DNA from: Polyangiaceae bacterium
GTDB taxonomy: Bacteria; Myxococcota_A; Polyangia; Polyangiales; Polyangiaceae
DNA length: 64,000 nucleotides
Direction: 5' to 3'
Assembly (NCBI GenBank): GCA_044376115.1
Contig: JBILLK010000001.1
Location: forward strand, 64,001-128,000
In this document: positions 46,857-58,586 of the stretch, piece by piece
How positions within the stretch are numbered: position 1 is the first letter of the stretch
How the letters are laid out: each line of letters opens with the position of its first letter
Translations under genes and position numbers: made by a program
Notes under the pieces: model-generated
What the model saw: the letters and a program-made list of their open reading frames with translations, nothing else
Told to the model about the DNA's origin: nothing
The model's database searches: none

Positions 46857-47840
46857 CTACAGCTCGGGGAACCTACCCAAGTATTGCAGGACAAAATCGG
46901 GCCGGTCGGTCTGCCCAATATCGAGGCCGTTGGCGAAGTTTGGCTCGTACGCGCTCAGGTCCCCCGAGAAGGAAACCGCGACGTCGATCACGAACAGGTC
47001 AAGCAGCGCGCGATGGCCAGCGGCGTGCACGGCGTCCAGCATCTCGACCGAGCCTTCATTGACCTCGACGATCACCGGCGGATGATCCGCGAAGTGCTCG
47101 AGCTGCTCCGCAAGCTGCTCGGGGCTCTCGACGCGAATCATCGTGAAAAGGTTGGGCTCGATCGCCAGCGCCTGATCGATCTTGTCGACCGAGCTCGTAT
47201 CGAAGATCGCCCAATCGAGCGTGTCGGTCGCGAGCACGGCCGCAACCAGGAGATCCACGCGGTCGGTCTTGTTGGCGTCGATCAGTACGTGCACCTTTCC
47301 GCGGGCTGCAGTCAAAATCTGCTCGAGCGTCGGGATCCGCTCGCACGAAAAATCGCCCGGGAGATCGAAGGTCTTGAGCTCCAACGACTGGATCTCCGCC
47401 AACGTCATGTCGGCCACCTCGCCGGTGCCGAAGGTCGTTCGATCGACCGAGGTGTCGTGGACGTTGACGAGGTAGCCATCCTTGGTCGGCCGAGGGTCGG
47501 TCTCCACGTAATCAATGCCCAGCGCGATCGCCGCTCGCACGCCGGCCACGGTGTCTTCCGGCGCTAATCCGCCTGCGCCACGATGCCCGCTCACCAACAC
47601 CTGGCGACAGGTTCGGTCGGTCGCGCAGCTGATGGGGATCTTGTTGATGCGCTCGGGCTCGCTCGTTCGTGAGCAATCGAAGAGGGACGGAGGAAGGACG
47701 GCGCCGGCTCCACCAGCGCCACCCATCCCGCCGTAACCCCCGACCCCGCCGGACCCTCCGGCACCACCGCTAGCGGTTTCAGCCGAGTCGCACGCCGTTG
47801 CGAGCACCACGCACAGGGCAGGAAGCTTCCAGAGTCTCAC
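46857..47840 (-). CDS. Glycerophosphodiester phosphodiesterase lipoprotein
   Basis: GHRGAGG.APEDT, ETD..TKDG..V.HD..DRTT.G, IPTLE, TDRP; LATAC lipobox. Confidence 0.92.
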   Translation of the reverse strand: MRLWKLPALCVVLATACDSAETASGGAGGSGGVGGYGGMGGAGGAGAVLPPSLFDCSRTSEPERINKIPISCATDRTCRQVLVSGHRGAGGLAPEDTVAGVRAAIALGIDYVETDPRPTKDGYLVNVHDTSVDRTTFGTGEVADMTLAEIQSLELKTFDLPGDFSCERIPTLEQILTAARGKVHVLIDANKTDRVDLLVAAVLATDTLDWAIFDTSSVDKIDQALAIEPNLFTMIRVESPEQLAEQLEHFADHPPVIVEVNEGSVEMLDAVHAAGHRALLDLFVIDVAVSFSGDLSAYEPNFANGLDIGQTDRPDFVLQYLGRFPEL

Positions 47841-47843
47841 CGC

Positions 47844-48146
47844 TCAGCGATCCTCGGCGAGCTCTTTCTCCAAGGCCGCTAACTCGGTATCGAGGTTCTC
47901 GAGCCCGATCTCCTTATCGGCGGCTTCCTCGAAGTCGGCCTCGGTCAATTGTTCATCGCCGTCGCTGGGCGGAGCAGCGGCGGTCGCTGAGGCAGCGGCC
48001 GAGGCTTTGCTAGTAGGCGCAGCCGCAGAGGCTTTTGACGAGGCCGAGGTTTTGGCCGTAGCGGAGGCTGCAGCGCCACCGCCGTCACCGCAGGCGAGGA
48101 GCATCAGGGCGGCAAACGTCACCCAAACGATTCGAGCGCTGTTCAT
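47844..48146 (-). CDS. Small acidic lipoprotein
   Basis: LLAC lipobox, Ala/Ser linker, EADFEEAA..EL..LEKE tail; ATGA overlap with the upstream gene. Confidence 0.75.
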   Translation of the reverse strand: MNSARIVWVTFAALMLLACGDGGGAAASATAKTSASSKASAAAPTSKASAAASATAAAPPSDGDEQLTEADFEEAADKEIGLENLDTELAALEKELAEDR

Positions 48147-48658
48147 TTTGCCGGCTCCGCCTTGAGGGTTTCCATGCGCTTTTCGTGACGAGCCTGCTCC
48201 TGTTCGAGCAGCTTCTTTGTGCGCTCCACGACCTCCGGCTTGCTCGACGCCTCGGCGAGAAACTGAATGCGCTGCAAGCGAGCGACGCGCCGAGCATGCT
48301 TGCGCAGCTCCGCCTTGACGGCTGGGCGCTCGAGCAAGGGGCCCCACTTCTTCTTCAGCTCTTCACGGCGTTCCTCACGGCGCTCTTTGCGCTTCTCGAC
48401 CCAGCTTTGGTGCTTTTCCTTCCAAGGCCCTGTGAGTTCTTCGCGGTTCTCTTTGCGATCGTCGCGACGGTCTTCGCGGTTCTCCTGCCGGTCTTCACGG
48501 CGGTCCTCGCGGTTCTCTTTGCGGTCCTCGCGGTTCTCCTTGCGGTCTTCGCGCCGATCCTCGCGCTTCTCTTTGCGGTCCTTCGGACCGTCGCCCAGCG
48601 CGGGCTGCACCAGGCCGATTCCTCCCAAGACGAGGACGAGCTTCAGTAGACGTTTCAT
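48143..48658 (-). CDS. Secreted highly charged repeat / coiled-coil protein
   Basis: Signal peptide; REDR/KEN repeats. Confidence 0.75.
   Translation of the reverse strand: MKRLLKLVLVLGGIGLVQPALGDGPKDRKEKREDRREDRKENREDRKENREDRREDRQENREDRRDDRKENREELTGPWKEKHQSWVEKRKERREERREELKKKWGPLLERPAVKAELRKHARRVARLQRIQFLAEASSKPEVVERTKKLLEQEQARHEKRMETLKAEPAK
48440..48580 (-). repeat. Coding tandem repeat (REDR-RED/KEN units)
   Basis: Recurrent GCGGTCCTCGCGGTTCTC-like units on the + strand. Confidence 0.7.
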
Positions 48659-48695
48659 GCGGGCATCGTTCGACGTCCCCCGGAGCTTGTAAAGC

Positions 48696-49865
48696 TCAAA
48701 CCTGAACGCGACTTTGGGTCACTCGGCGATTCGAGCTCACCGGAGAGAGAGTGGTTGAGCGACCTACGCGCAGTCGCGTCCCTCGCCACGACACGTGACG
48801 CGCAAAAAGCGCGCTGCTCCAAGCCACCATCATCGCGAGGTCCCGCAGCGGCGAGACGATGAGCGCCCAACCGATGCCTCCCTCCGCCTGCGGCGCGATG
48901 CGCTTGCTAAGCGCAACGGTGGAAAGCACGTCGCGAATGAACCAGGTGGCCAGCAGCCACACGAACGCGAGGTTGCCGAGAGCGGCGATGGCGAGCGGTA
49001 ACAACAACAGCGGATTGGTGAGCGGCTCGAGGTAGAAGGCGGCCGGGCAGAGGCGCCTGCGCATCATCGCCCAACGCGCGTGCCGTTCAACCATCGCACG
49101 TAGCGAAAGCTCGCCCACGACGTTTGAAAGCACGGTCGGCGCGATCGCCACACGAAAGCCCGCCGCCTCGAGCCGCTGGCCAATCACATAGTCTTCGGCC
49201 AGGACGTCCTTCACCGCTTCGAGACCACCGATCGATTCGAGCTCGCGCCGATGGATCAACATCGACTTTCCGATAACGGCCGCGTGGCCCAAAAGCGAAG
49301 GCGTTGCGGCGCCGCCAGCGACAAAGCCTGCCAGCTGCACGCGCTCGATGGCTGCGCCCAGCGTATTTCCGCCAACCCCGACGAACAGATTGGTGACGAG
49401 CCCGACACGAGGGTCTGCAACCTTCTCAGCGCAGGCCTCAAGCAGATAGGCGGGCCCAGCGTTTACATTGCTATCGCTAATGAGCAGCAGCTCGTACTTC
49501 GCGTGCCCCAGCATGCCGCGAAGGTTGCGCACCTTCGGGTTGAGGCCCTCGGCGAAGTCGTGAACCACCACCGCTACATCGACGTGCGGGTAGAGCTGCC
49601 GCAACGAGTTCACCACCTCGAGCGCTGGATCATTCGGATTCTGCGCGCCAAAGACGAGCTGGAAGGAAGGATGGTCTTGCTCGAAGAAGCTGCGCAGGTT
49701 CTCAAACAGCGAAGGGTCCGCACCACACAACGGCTTGAGCACGCTGACGCTTGGGACGGCTTCGGCACGAGCCGGCTTGCGCAGCGTGACCGCCGCTACC
49801 GAGAGGCTCGTGACCAAGGACCAGGTGCTCGTGAGCGCGAGCATCGCGACCATCGCCGAGTTCAT
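48696..49865 (-). CDS. Ceramide glucosyltransferase / HpnI-like glycosyltransferase (GT21)
   Basis: SVLKPLCG, NPKVRNL, ISDSN, GKSM, LAEDY, RHARW, WRG motifs. Confidence 0.9.
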   Translation of the reverse strand: MNSAMVAMLALTSTWSLVTSLSVAAVTLRKPARAEAVPSVSVLKPLCGADPSLFENLRSFFEQDHPSFQLVFGAQNPNDPALEVVNSLRQLYPHVDVAVVVHDFAEGLNPKVRNLRGMLGHAKYELLLISDSNVNAGPAYLLEACAEKVADPRVGLVTNLFVGVGGNTLGAAIERVQLAGFVAGGAATPSLLGHAAVIGKSMLIHRRELESIGGLEAVKDVLAEDYVIGQRLEAAGFRVAIAPTVLSNVVGELSLRAMVERHARWAMMRRRLCPAAFYLEPLTNPLLLLPLAIAALGNLAFVWLLATWFIRDVLSTVALSKRIAPQAEGGIGWALIVSPLRDLAMMVAWSSALFARHVSWRGTRLRVGRSTTLSPVSSNRRVTQSRVQV

Positions 49866-50290
49866 GCGCGCACCCCTTCCCGCTCACTGAAGATCCGGCT
49901 CCATAGCGGCAAACACAGCCCGACATAAACGAGGAATTGAACGGCCACCCGCAGCAGCGGATAGGGCGCCGGGACGAGCCGCACGGCCAGGTCAAAGAGG
50001 AACAGGTTCAGCACCAGCGCGACCCCCTCCACCAAACCAAAGAGCAGCGCCTGCTTGCCCCATTGAGCACGCTGGTCACGAAAGGCAAACAGCTTCTGGC
50101 CGACGAACTGGACCAAGAGCCCAGCCACCAGCGCGATGGGGGAAGCGACGCGGGCCCCCAAGCCAACGCCGCTCGCCAGACCGACAAGAATCAGCAGATC
50201 AACCGCTGTACCAACTCCGCCCACTCCGACACTGCGCATCAAGCGTGCAAGCTTGAAACCGATGGCTGAAGAAGAGACCGCTGGGTTCAT
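49862..50290 (-). CDS. GtrA-family membrane protein
   Basis: VGGVGTAVD, F...KLFAFR; 4 TM; overlaps the GT start. Confidence 0.85.
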   Translation of the reverse strand: MNPAVSSSAIGFKLARLMRSVGVGGVGTAVDLLILVGLASGVGLGARVASPIALVAGLLVQFVGQKLFAFRDQRAQWGKQALLFGLVEGVALVLNLFLFDLAVRLVPAPYPLLRVAVQFLVYVGLCLPLWSRIFSEREGVRA

Positions 50291-50302
50291 ACCCAGCGAT
50301 GA

Positions 50303-50318
50303 AGCGAGGGACGTGCCG
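50303..50318 (-). promoter_or_regulatory. Candidate sigma54 promoter of the gtrA-GT operon
   Basis: Minus strand CGGCACGTCCCTCGCT, GG-N10-GC, 13 nt before the ATG. Confidence 0.55.
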
Positions 50319-50346
50319 AAGCGCTGTCAGTCTTTCGACACGCTGA

Positions 50347-52260
<1,914 letters not shown>

Positions 52261-52323
52261 GGCCTGCTCATACCGCTCTCTCGGCACGAGCGCCAACGCT
52301 GTGAGGAGCTTGAGAAGCCGGCG

Positions 52324-53319
52324 CTAGAAGCTGCCTGAAACGCTGAGGCCGGCCGAATCGGGGGAAACCCACGGAGCAACCCAGGCCGCGGTTGCCGGAA
52401 GCTCCTCATTGGAGGCGGCAAGCACAGCGCCGGTCACCACGAGGCCCGCGGTCAGGACCGAGGCGCCGACCGTCAGACCGAGGAGGAGGTTGGCCGTATC
52501 GGCTCTGGAGCGGAGCTCCTCGAGCGGCGGCGTTGAGGCGTTCTCCAGTTGCTCGGGACAAGAGATTTCACCATCGACGAGCGTGCAGCCGGCGTCGATG
52601 GCCAGGCTCTCATCGAGGTAGTCAGACTTTGCACCGGAGTAGGCAACGCCAAGTCCGATCGAGGCGCCGAGCGATCCGGCTCCGATCCCGAGCACGATCC
52701 ACGGAAGAGCGCCGTAGCGAGTGTTGGTTTCGACCTCGGGAGTGGTGCTGGCTACAGCCGCACCAACCATGCGGAGTTTGACGATCTCGGTGGCGCCTTC
52801 ACCAACGTTGACCACCTGGACGACGTCATCGTGGGAGGGCGCCTTCGCTTCGACGCGATGGCGACCCGGATCGACCCGAAACGGTTTATCGAGGGAGACC
52901 GATTCTCCGTCGATGGCCACGGTCATTCCTTCGGGATGGGGAGTTGGCTCAATCTGAAAAACGAACGTTGAGATGCGGCCTTTGAGCTTTTGCTCGAGCT
53001 CCTGACCAACTTTGCGCAGCACCGCATCATCTTTTGCGAGCAAGAGCCCGCGTTGGATGTTGCGCTCAGCGTTCACCAGCTGGCCGACCTTCTCTTGGCA
53101 GCGGCCCGCTCGCAGCCGAAGCTGCGAGGTCTCGACGAGCTCCGCCGCTGCCTCGAACTTCTTCGCAGCAGCGGCGCAATCCCCGGCTTCCTCAGCCTTC
53201 TCGCCCTGCTCAAATAGGCTTTGGGCTTGTGCGCTCTTTGAATCGTCAGCGGTCGCCGTTACCGCCATCAGCGAAACGAGCATCCCGAATGCGGCTGCAA
53301 CGAAAGGACGAAAGTGCAC
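52324..53319 (-). CDS. TPR + PEGA-like domain secreted/membrane protein
   Basis: Signal, A..LF..G TPR, V.IDG..VDPG.H.V, hydrophobic C-terminus ending SGSF. Confidence 0.85.
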   Translation of the reverse strand: MHFRPFVAAAFGMLVSLMAVTATADDSKSAQAQSLFEQGEKAEEAGDCAAAAKKFEAAAELVETSQLRLRAGRCQEKVGQLVNAERNIQRGLLLAKDDAVLRKVGQELEQKLKGRISTFVFQIEPTPHPEGMTVAIDGESVSLDKPFRVDPGRHRVEAKAPSHDDVVQVVNVGEGATEIVKLRMVGAAVASTTPEVETNTRYGALPWIVLGIGAGSLGASIGLGVAYSGAKSDYLDESLAIDAGCTLVDGEISCPEQLENASTPPLEELRSRADTANLLLGLTVGASVLTAGLVVTGAVLAASNEELPATAAWVAPWVSPDSAGLSVSGSF

Positions 53320-53485
53320 GGTTGCAGCATCCGGAACGGCCTGCCCCTATGTCAAGCACCGTGGCCGCTTTGTGCGCCGCTATGGCTGGTTGGGTCGGTC
53401 AGCCCGACTTTTGCGGGCGCGCGCGGCATCGGCGCACGACACAACTTGACCGTGCCGCTCTCAAGCGTGCACCATAGGGTTTGTA

Positions 53486-55129
53486 GTGAAGACTGGCGAC
53501 TTGGTTGGCTCCAAGTACCGTCTCGTGACTCGTCTCGGACAGGGCGGCATGGGAGCGGTTTGGTCTGCGCAGCACACGCAGACGGGGCGGGAGTTTGCCA
53601 TAAAGTTCCTGCATTCCTTCGTTGCGCAAGGCAACGACGACGCGCGCCACCGTTTTCTTCAGGAAGCTCGCGCCTCCGCACGCGTGAACCACCCGAGCAT
53701 CATCGACATCTTCGACGTCGGTGAGACCGAGGACGGCACGCTGTACTTGGTGATGGAGCTCTTGGACGGGCTGTCGCTCGGGGACGCTCTTCGGGTCGAG
53801 CCTGCGTTCTCGGTGCGCGAGCTGCTCGTGCTGATGATCGGGTCGACCTTGGCCTTGGGGGCAGCGCACACGGCCGGCATCGTTCACCGTGACGTCAAGC
53901 CGCTGAACATCTACCTGCACCGTGATCGCATGTCGGGGATGGTTCGGCCGAAGGTGCTCGACTTTGGCGTGAGCAAGGTTGCGCTCGGTGAGGATGATGG
54001 GGTGGCGACGCAAGTTGGCTCGCTCTTGGGCTCTCCGCGCTACATGGCGCCTGAGCAGGCCGTGAGCGCCGCACAAGCCGACGGTCGCAGCGATATCTGG
54101 TCCCTGGGCGTCATCCTTTATGAGGCGCTGACAGGCCGTTTTCCGCATGAGGGAGACAGCTCGAACGCGATCGTCATCGCGATCGCCACGCGCCCGCCGC
54201 TACCCATTCTCGAGGTCGCGCCGCATCTGCCGAAGGCACTCGCAGCCATCGTCGACGACTGCTTGAAGCCTGCCGAGACGCGCATCGCGAAGGCCGAGAT
54301 CCTGGCAGAGCGGATGCAGGAACTGCTCGCGACCCACGATCTTTCAGACCTGAAGGTCGTGCGTTCCGGCAAAGACCGCAAAGCGATCAAGCGGCCCGAT
54401 AACTTCGTCATCCACACGAGCTCCGGTATCGGCGGCCTAACGCCGGCGCCGGGCCAGCTCTCGGTCTCACTGAACCAGCGGCGCACGTCGCTCGCTTCAG
54501 AGCCGGCCGTAACGACCCCTTCCTCCGGCGCTCCGGCGGCGGCAGAGGAAGAGCCGGGGACGCTTGTCTACGATTCGGACTCGCGGCCGGGCTCGCTTCG
54601 AGGGCCGACAGGAACGCTCGCGATCTCGACGCCCGGACTCAACGCACTGAGCCCAGCCGCTGGCCTCGCGGCCGTGGGAACGCAGTCAGAGAACTCCTCC
54701 CGTACCAGCGGCACGTCGACCGAAAGCGTCTCGAGCATGACGATGGGTGGACCCGCAGCGGTTCCCGTCGTTCCAGCCGCAGCGATCCAGGCACGTGAGG
54801 TCGCGCCCCCCAAGACAAAGCGCACGGTGTTGCTCGTCGGAGGTGCCGTCGCAGCGGGATCGCTGTTCGGTATTGTGCTGCTCAACTCGGGCTCAAAACC
54901 GGAGGCGGACGCGAGCTCCGCACCGATCGTCGCCTCTGGCCAACCGGCGAAGGCAACGGCGACCGCAGTCGCTTCTCCAGCCTCCACGGTGAACGCCAAG
55001 GAAAGCGCAACGGCTTCCGCATCCACGGCCCCGAAAGCTGCGCCAACCGTCGTCTCTGGTCGGCCGCGGAACACGGCGAAGCCGGTCGTCACCGACCCGC
55101 TCAAGAACAGCGGCATTCCTCGCAAGTAA
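53486..55129 (+). CDS. Hanks-type Ser/Thr kinase with C-terminal TM
   Basis: LGQGGMG.V, AIK, HRDVKPLN, DFG, GSPRYMAPEQ, DIWSLG. Confidence 0.93.
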   Translation: MKTGDLVGSKYRLVTRLGQGGMGAVWSAQHTQTGREFAIKFLHSFVAQGNDDARHRFLQEARASARVNHPSIIDIFDVGETEDGTLYLVMELLDGLSLGDALRVEPAFSVRELLVLMIGSTLALGAAHTAGIVHRDVKPLNIYLHRDRMSGMVRPKVLDFGVSKVALGEDDGVATQVGSLLGSPRYMAPEQAVSAAQADGRSDIWSLGVILYEALTGRFPHEGDSSNAIVIAIATRPPLPILEVAPHLPKALAAIVDDCLKPAETRIAKAEILAERMQELLATHDLSDLKVVRSGKDRKAIKRPDNFVIHTSSGIGGLTPAPGQLSVSLNQRRTSLASEPAVTTPSSGAPAAAEEEPGTLVYDSDSRPGSLRGPTGTLAISTPGLNALSPAAGLAAVGTQSENSSRTSGTSTESVSSMTMGGPAAVPVVPAAAIQAREVAPPKTKRTVLLVGGAVAAGSLFGIVLLNSGSKPEADASSAPIVASGQPAKATATAVASPASTVNAKESATASASTAPKAAPTVVSGRPRNTAKPVVTDPLKNSGIPRK

Positions 55130-55165
55130 GCCCGCCCGTATTTCGCGGGCTCAGGGTCGGGGCCG

Positions 55166-57832
55166 CTAGCGCACGCGCTTGAGCAGCACGAGGGCTGCCG
55201 GTAGCGTGACCAAGCTCATGACGAGCGTTGCGATCATGCCCACGGTCATGATCAGCCCGATGCTGAACATGGCGCGATGTTGAGCGAGCATCATCACGCT
55301 AAAGCCCCACACCGTCGTCAGCGCAGCGACGAGCACGGCGCTGCCTGTTCCAGACAGGATGTCCTCCAGCGAGGCCTTTCCGTGCTCCTGCTCACTCTGC
55401 CGAAACCGGCTCACGATGTGAGCTGCGGCATCCACCCCGAGGCCGATCAACAGGGGTAGTACGACCATGTTCGCGTGATTGAAGGCGAGCCCCATCAGGG
55501 GAATCGCCCCGAGCATGATCAACGTCCCGAGGATGAGCGGTATCAACGAGACCAGCACGTCAACCAAGCGACGGAAACTCACCGCGAGAATCACCACCAC
55601 CAGCAAGGCAGCCAGCAACGTCGCTCGCTCGAAGCCGCGAACGATCATTTTGGGATGCTCCGCCAACGTCGTTGCAATGCCCGAGGTTTTCTCCGACACC
55701 GAGGTCACGTCTTTGGTGAACTTCTCGGCGCGCTCGACTTCCCAGATGTCGCCTTTGGGGTGAATGAACAAGGCGACCTCGCTCTCGTCTTTGGAAAGGA
55801 AGCGATGTTGGAACGCTGGCGGCAAATCGCTCGGTGCGTAAACACCACGCTCGGCGACGCGACGGGCCGTCGTGGCGGCGCGATCCAGAATCAAGAAGAA
55901 GGTCCGCTGCACCCGGTCGAGCTCCTTGGCGTCGACCTTGCGAACGATCTCCTGCAGACGCTTTAGCTTTGCCTTCGTAGCCTCCACCGAAGCCGCGTCC
56001 AAGCCTCCACCCTTGGCCGTGAAGGCGACCTCTTCCATCGTGTCGATCAGGCCTGTGAGCTTCTTATCGAGCGCAGCCCGATCGACCGGTCGCTCGGCGA
56101 CGGCTGCAAAATCGAGCGGCTTGCCGTCGGGCGCCATGGCCGCGACCACCGTACGAAGCGACGTCAGCCGCTCTTGCGTAAGTTCGGGCAGCAGGTCTGA
56201 GGGCGTCTCCACCGACGCGACCGAATCCATCGTGCGCAGCGCCATCGCGACGGTTCGCGCCTCTTCGATGCTCGAGGCTCGAACGTTGGCGACGAACGGG
56301 CTCACGATATCGTCCTTGGAGAGCTCGATGAGACCGCGCGCGCTCTCGGTCTCTTTGGGCAAGAAGTCGAAGTAGCGACCGTTGAACCGCAAACCGGGAA
56401 TCGCCAGCGAGATCACCACCGACACGACGACCGACGCAGCGACGATTTTGCGCGGGTGATTGCGCACGAAGGCGGCAAGCAGACCGAAGCCGGGAAGCTG
56501 GGGCGAAGGGCGCGGCTTCTTGCCGAGGAGGATGAGCACCGCGGAAGGTACGAGCAGATACGTACCTGCGAGCATCACCATCAAGCCGAGGCAGGTGATG
56601 AACCCGAGCTCAGCGAACGCGGTGAACTCGGTCACGATGGTGGTGAGAAAGGCGACCGCCGTCGTGATCGTGCCGACGACGAGACCTGGGCCTGCGCCGA
56701 GCAGCGCTTTCTGCATCGCCTCGCGCGGGTTCTCATTCCGTCGCAGCAGCTCCGAGTAACGCGTCTGAATGTGAACGCCAAAGTCGCCGAGGCCGAGCAG
56801 CACCGAGGTGAAGCTCGCGGTGATCAGGTTGAGTTTGCCCAGCGTGAGTTGGACGATGCCGAAGGTGACCAACGTGCCGAAGCCGAGCGGGAGGAAGCTG
56901 ACGAGCGACTGGCGGAAGGAGCGAAAGGCCCAAAAAAGCGTGAGGAAAAGCGCGACGCTCGAGGCGATGCTGGTGACGGCGAGATCACGTTCGATCATCG
57001 CGAGTTCGTCGGTCACCAAGGCTGGTAGACCGGTCACGTCCGCACGAACGTTGGGCGCATTGGCGCGCGCGAGCGCTGTATCGCGCGCTGCGCGGATCGA
57101 CTGAACGACTGGACGAACTTGGTAACCTTCATCGCCATCGAGCGGGGGAAACAAGGCTACGAAGTGATTCTCCTGGCTTCCGTTGAGGTAGCCGGCGTCG
57201 TCCACGGCGGCCCCCAAATCACGCGAGGACTCCCCGTCGAGCAACGTCACGAGCCCCGACTTGGACTCGAGTTCACCGCTGAGCGAATCGAACAAGCGCC
57301 CGAGTTGCGTGAAGCCGCTGTTCAAGTCCGCTTGCGAGGCGAGCTCCTGCTCGAGACCCTGTTTGAGCTGCTCATCGATCGTTCCCGCGAGCCCCGGCAA
57401 GCCGTCGCTGAGTGCTTTCGATGCCGTGCCTTTGGGCAGCGACTTCGCCACGACCTCAGGGTCGGTGAGCAAGAGCACCTCTGCGACGTCCTCCGGCCCG
57501 AGCCGCCCGAGCACCCCCTTCTCCAACCCGGGCACCGAGTGGAGCTCCGTCGTCAGCTCGTCAACGACGCGGCGGCGCTCAGCCACGTTACCGCCCGTAA
57601 CGACGATCACCGGCGCGTTGGGGTAACCGAACTTCTCGTCGAATTCGACGGTTCTTCGTTGGTTCGCGTTCTCTTCACTGACGAGGTCCCGACGTGAGGT
57701 CGAGATCTTCAGGAACGGAATCAACGACCCAAGCGCAACCGTCGTCGTAAGGCCGATGACCAAGGCGACGTAGGGCCGGCGGGCGCCAAACAAAGCAAGG
57801 CTTCGCACGAACGCCAGCAGGGCTTGCAGCAT
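55166..57832 (-). CDS. MMPL/HpnN-like RND lipid transporter (BstA-like)
   Basis: Two repeats of TM + periplasmic domain + 5 TM; VTGLP, GLGDFGVH, TT..AF, GLGVDAAAH, LPA. Confidence 0.9.
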   Translation of the reverse strand: MLQALLAFVRSLALFGARRPYVALVIGLTTTVALGSLIPFLKISTSRRDLVSEENANQRRTVEFDEKFGYPNAPVIVVTGGNVAERRRVVDELTTELHSVPGLEKGVLGRLGPEDVAEVLLLTDPEVVAKSLPKGTASKALSDGLPGLAGTIDEQLKQGLEQELASQADLNSGFTQLGRLFDSLSGELESKSGLVTLLDGESSRDLGAAVDDAGYLNGSQENHFVALFPPLDGDEGYQVRPVVQSIRAARDTALARANAPNVRADVTGLPALVTDELAMIERDLAVTSIASSVALFLTLFWAFRSFRQSLVSFLPLGFGTLVTFGIVQLTLGKLNLITASFTSVLLGLGDFGVHIQTRYSELLRRNENPREAMQKALLGAGPGLVVGTITTAVAFLTTIVTEFTAFAELGFITCLGLMVMLAGTYLLVPSAVLILLGKKPRPSPQLPGFGLLAAFVRNHPRKIVAASVVVSVVISLAIPGLRFNGRYFDFLPKETESARGLIELSKDDIVSPFVANVRASSIEEARTVAMALRTMDSVASVETPSDLLPELTQERLTSLRTVVAAMAPDGKPLDFAAVAERPVDRAALDKKLTGLIDTMEEVAFTAKGGGLDAASVEATKAKLKRLQEIVRKVDAKELDRVQRTFFLILDRAATTARRVAERGVYAPSDLPPAFQHRFLSKDESEVALFIHPKGDIWEVERAEKFTKDVTSVSEKTSGIATTLAEHPKMIVRGFERATLLAALLVVVILAVSFRRLVDVLVSLIPLILGTLIMLGAIPLMGLAFNHANMVVLPLLIGLGVDAAAHIVSRFRQSEQEHGKASLEDILSGTGSAVLVAALTTVWGFSVMMLAQHRAMFSIGLIMTVGMIATLVMSLVTLPAALVLLKRVR

Positions 57833-57833
57833 G

Positions 57834-58565
57834 TCAACCGCCTGGGGGTGCGCCTGTGGGCGTCTCGGGAGCTTTCTTGGGGCATTCGAGGTCGCCGATG
57901 TCCCGCTCGATCGAACGCGCCAGCTTTACCTCATCCCCCCGGAGACCGTTCATTGCGCCGAGAACGAGGCATAGCGGCGCGCGCGCGGACTCCTTGTCAC
58001 CGAGCGCCACGTAAGCTTCGGCGAGCCGCAGCTGGTTCGAGATCAGCTCGGGATCGACCTTCACCAAGCCCTCAAGAATCTCGATGCCCGCCTCGGAGTT
58101 TCCCCCCTCGAGCAGGTTGGCCGGAGCAAGAACGTATAGCGTTCCGAGGAGCCTGGTTGCGGCTGCACGTCGAAAGCTTGCGTCCAGCTTTCGACTCTTG
58201 AGCGCAAACTTCTCCGCCTCCGCCACCAGGGCTGTCGGGCTGTGATCGCCCAGCAAGGCCAAAGCGCCCTTCTTCTCCGCCAACCGACCAGCAATTGCGG
58301 CCCGACCAAAAGCGTCCCCCGCTGTCTCGGTTGGCAGCGTAACCACCAAGTCGTAGGCGGCTTGCCGGTCCTCCTCAGTGTCGTTGCCGTCCGAGATCAG
58401 CTTCTCGAGCGCATCGCTCAAGGCGAGCGCGCTCTCACTCGATGCCTGCAGTTCAGGCCGGAGCTGCGCCTGACCCATGCAATTGCTCATCGCGCAGCCG
58501 AACAGGCCAAGCGCCACGAAGAGGGCGGTTGGCCTTAGCAGACTCAATGGGCGAAGAAAGGACAA
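57834..58565 (-). CDS. TPR/TatT-like helical lipoprotein (BstC-like)
   Basis: LFGC lipobox; RLLGTLY..AP....GG...G..L....DP....L.LAE pattern. Confidence 0.7.
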   Translation of the reverse strand: MSFLRPLSLLRPTALFVALGLFGCAMSNCMGQAQLRPELQASSESALALSDALEKLISDGNDTEEDRQAAYDLVVTLPTETAGDAFGRAAIAGRLAEKKGALALLGDHSPTALVAEAEKFALKSRKLDASFRRAAATRLLGTLYVLAPANLLEGGNSEAGIEILEGLVKVDPELISNQLRLAEAYVALGDKESARAPLCLVLGAMNGLRGDEVKLARSIERDIGDLECPKKAPETPTGAPPGG

Positions 58566-58586
58566 GTGGCGCAGGATGCGAAGCGT

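Noticed and set aside
48440..48580. Short repeats as a CRISPR array
   Set aside because: In-frame degenerate coding repeats with no spacers and no cas genes
55129..55151. Hairpin between the convergent kinase and RND genes
   Set aside because: 7-bp stem without a U tract; too weak to call a terminator
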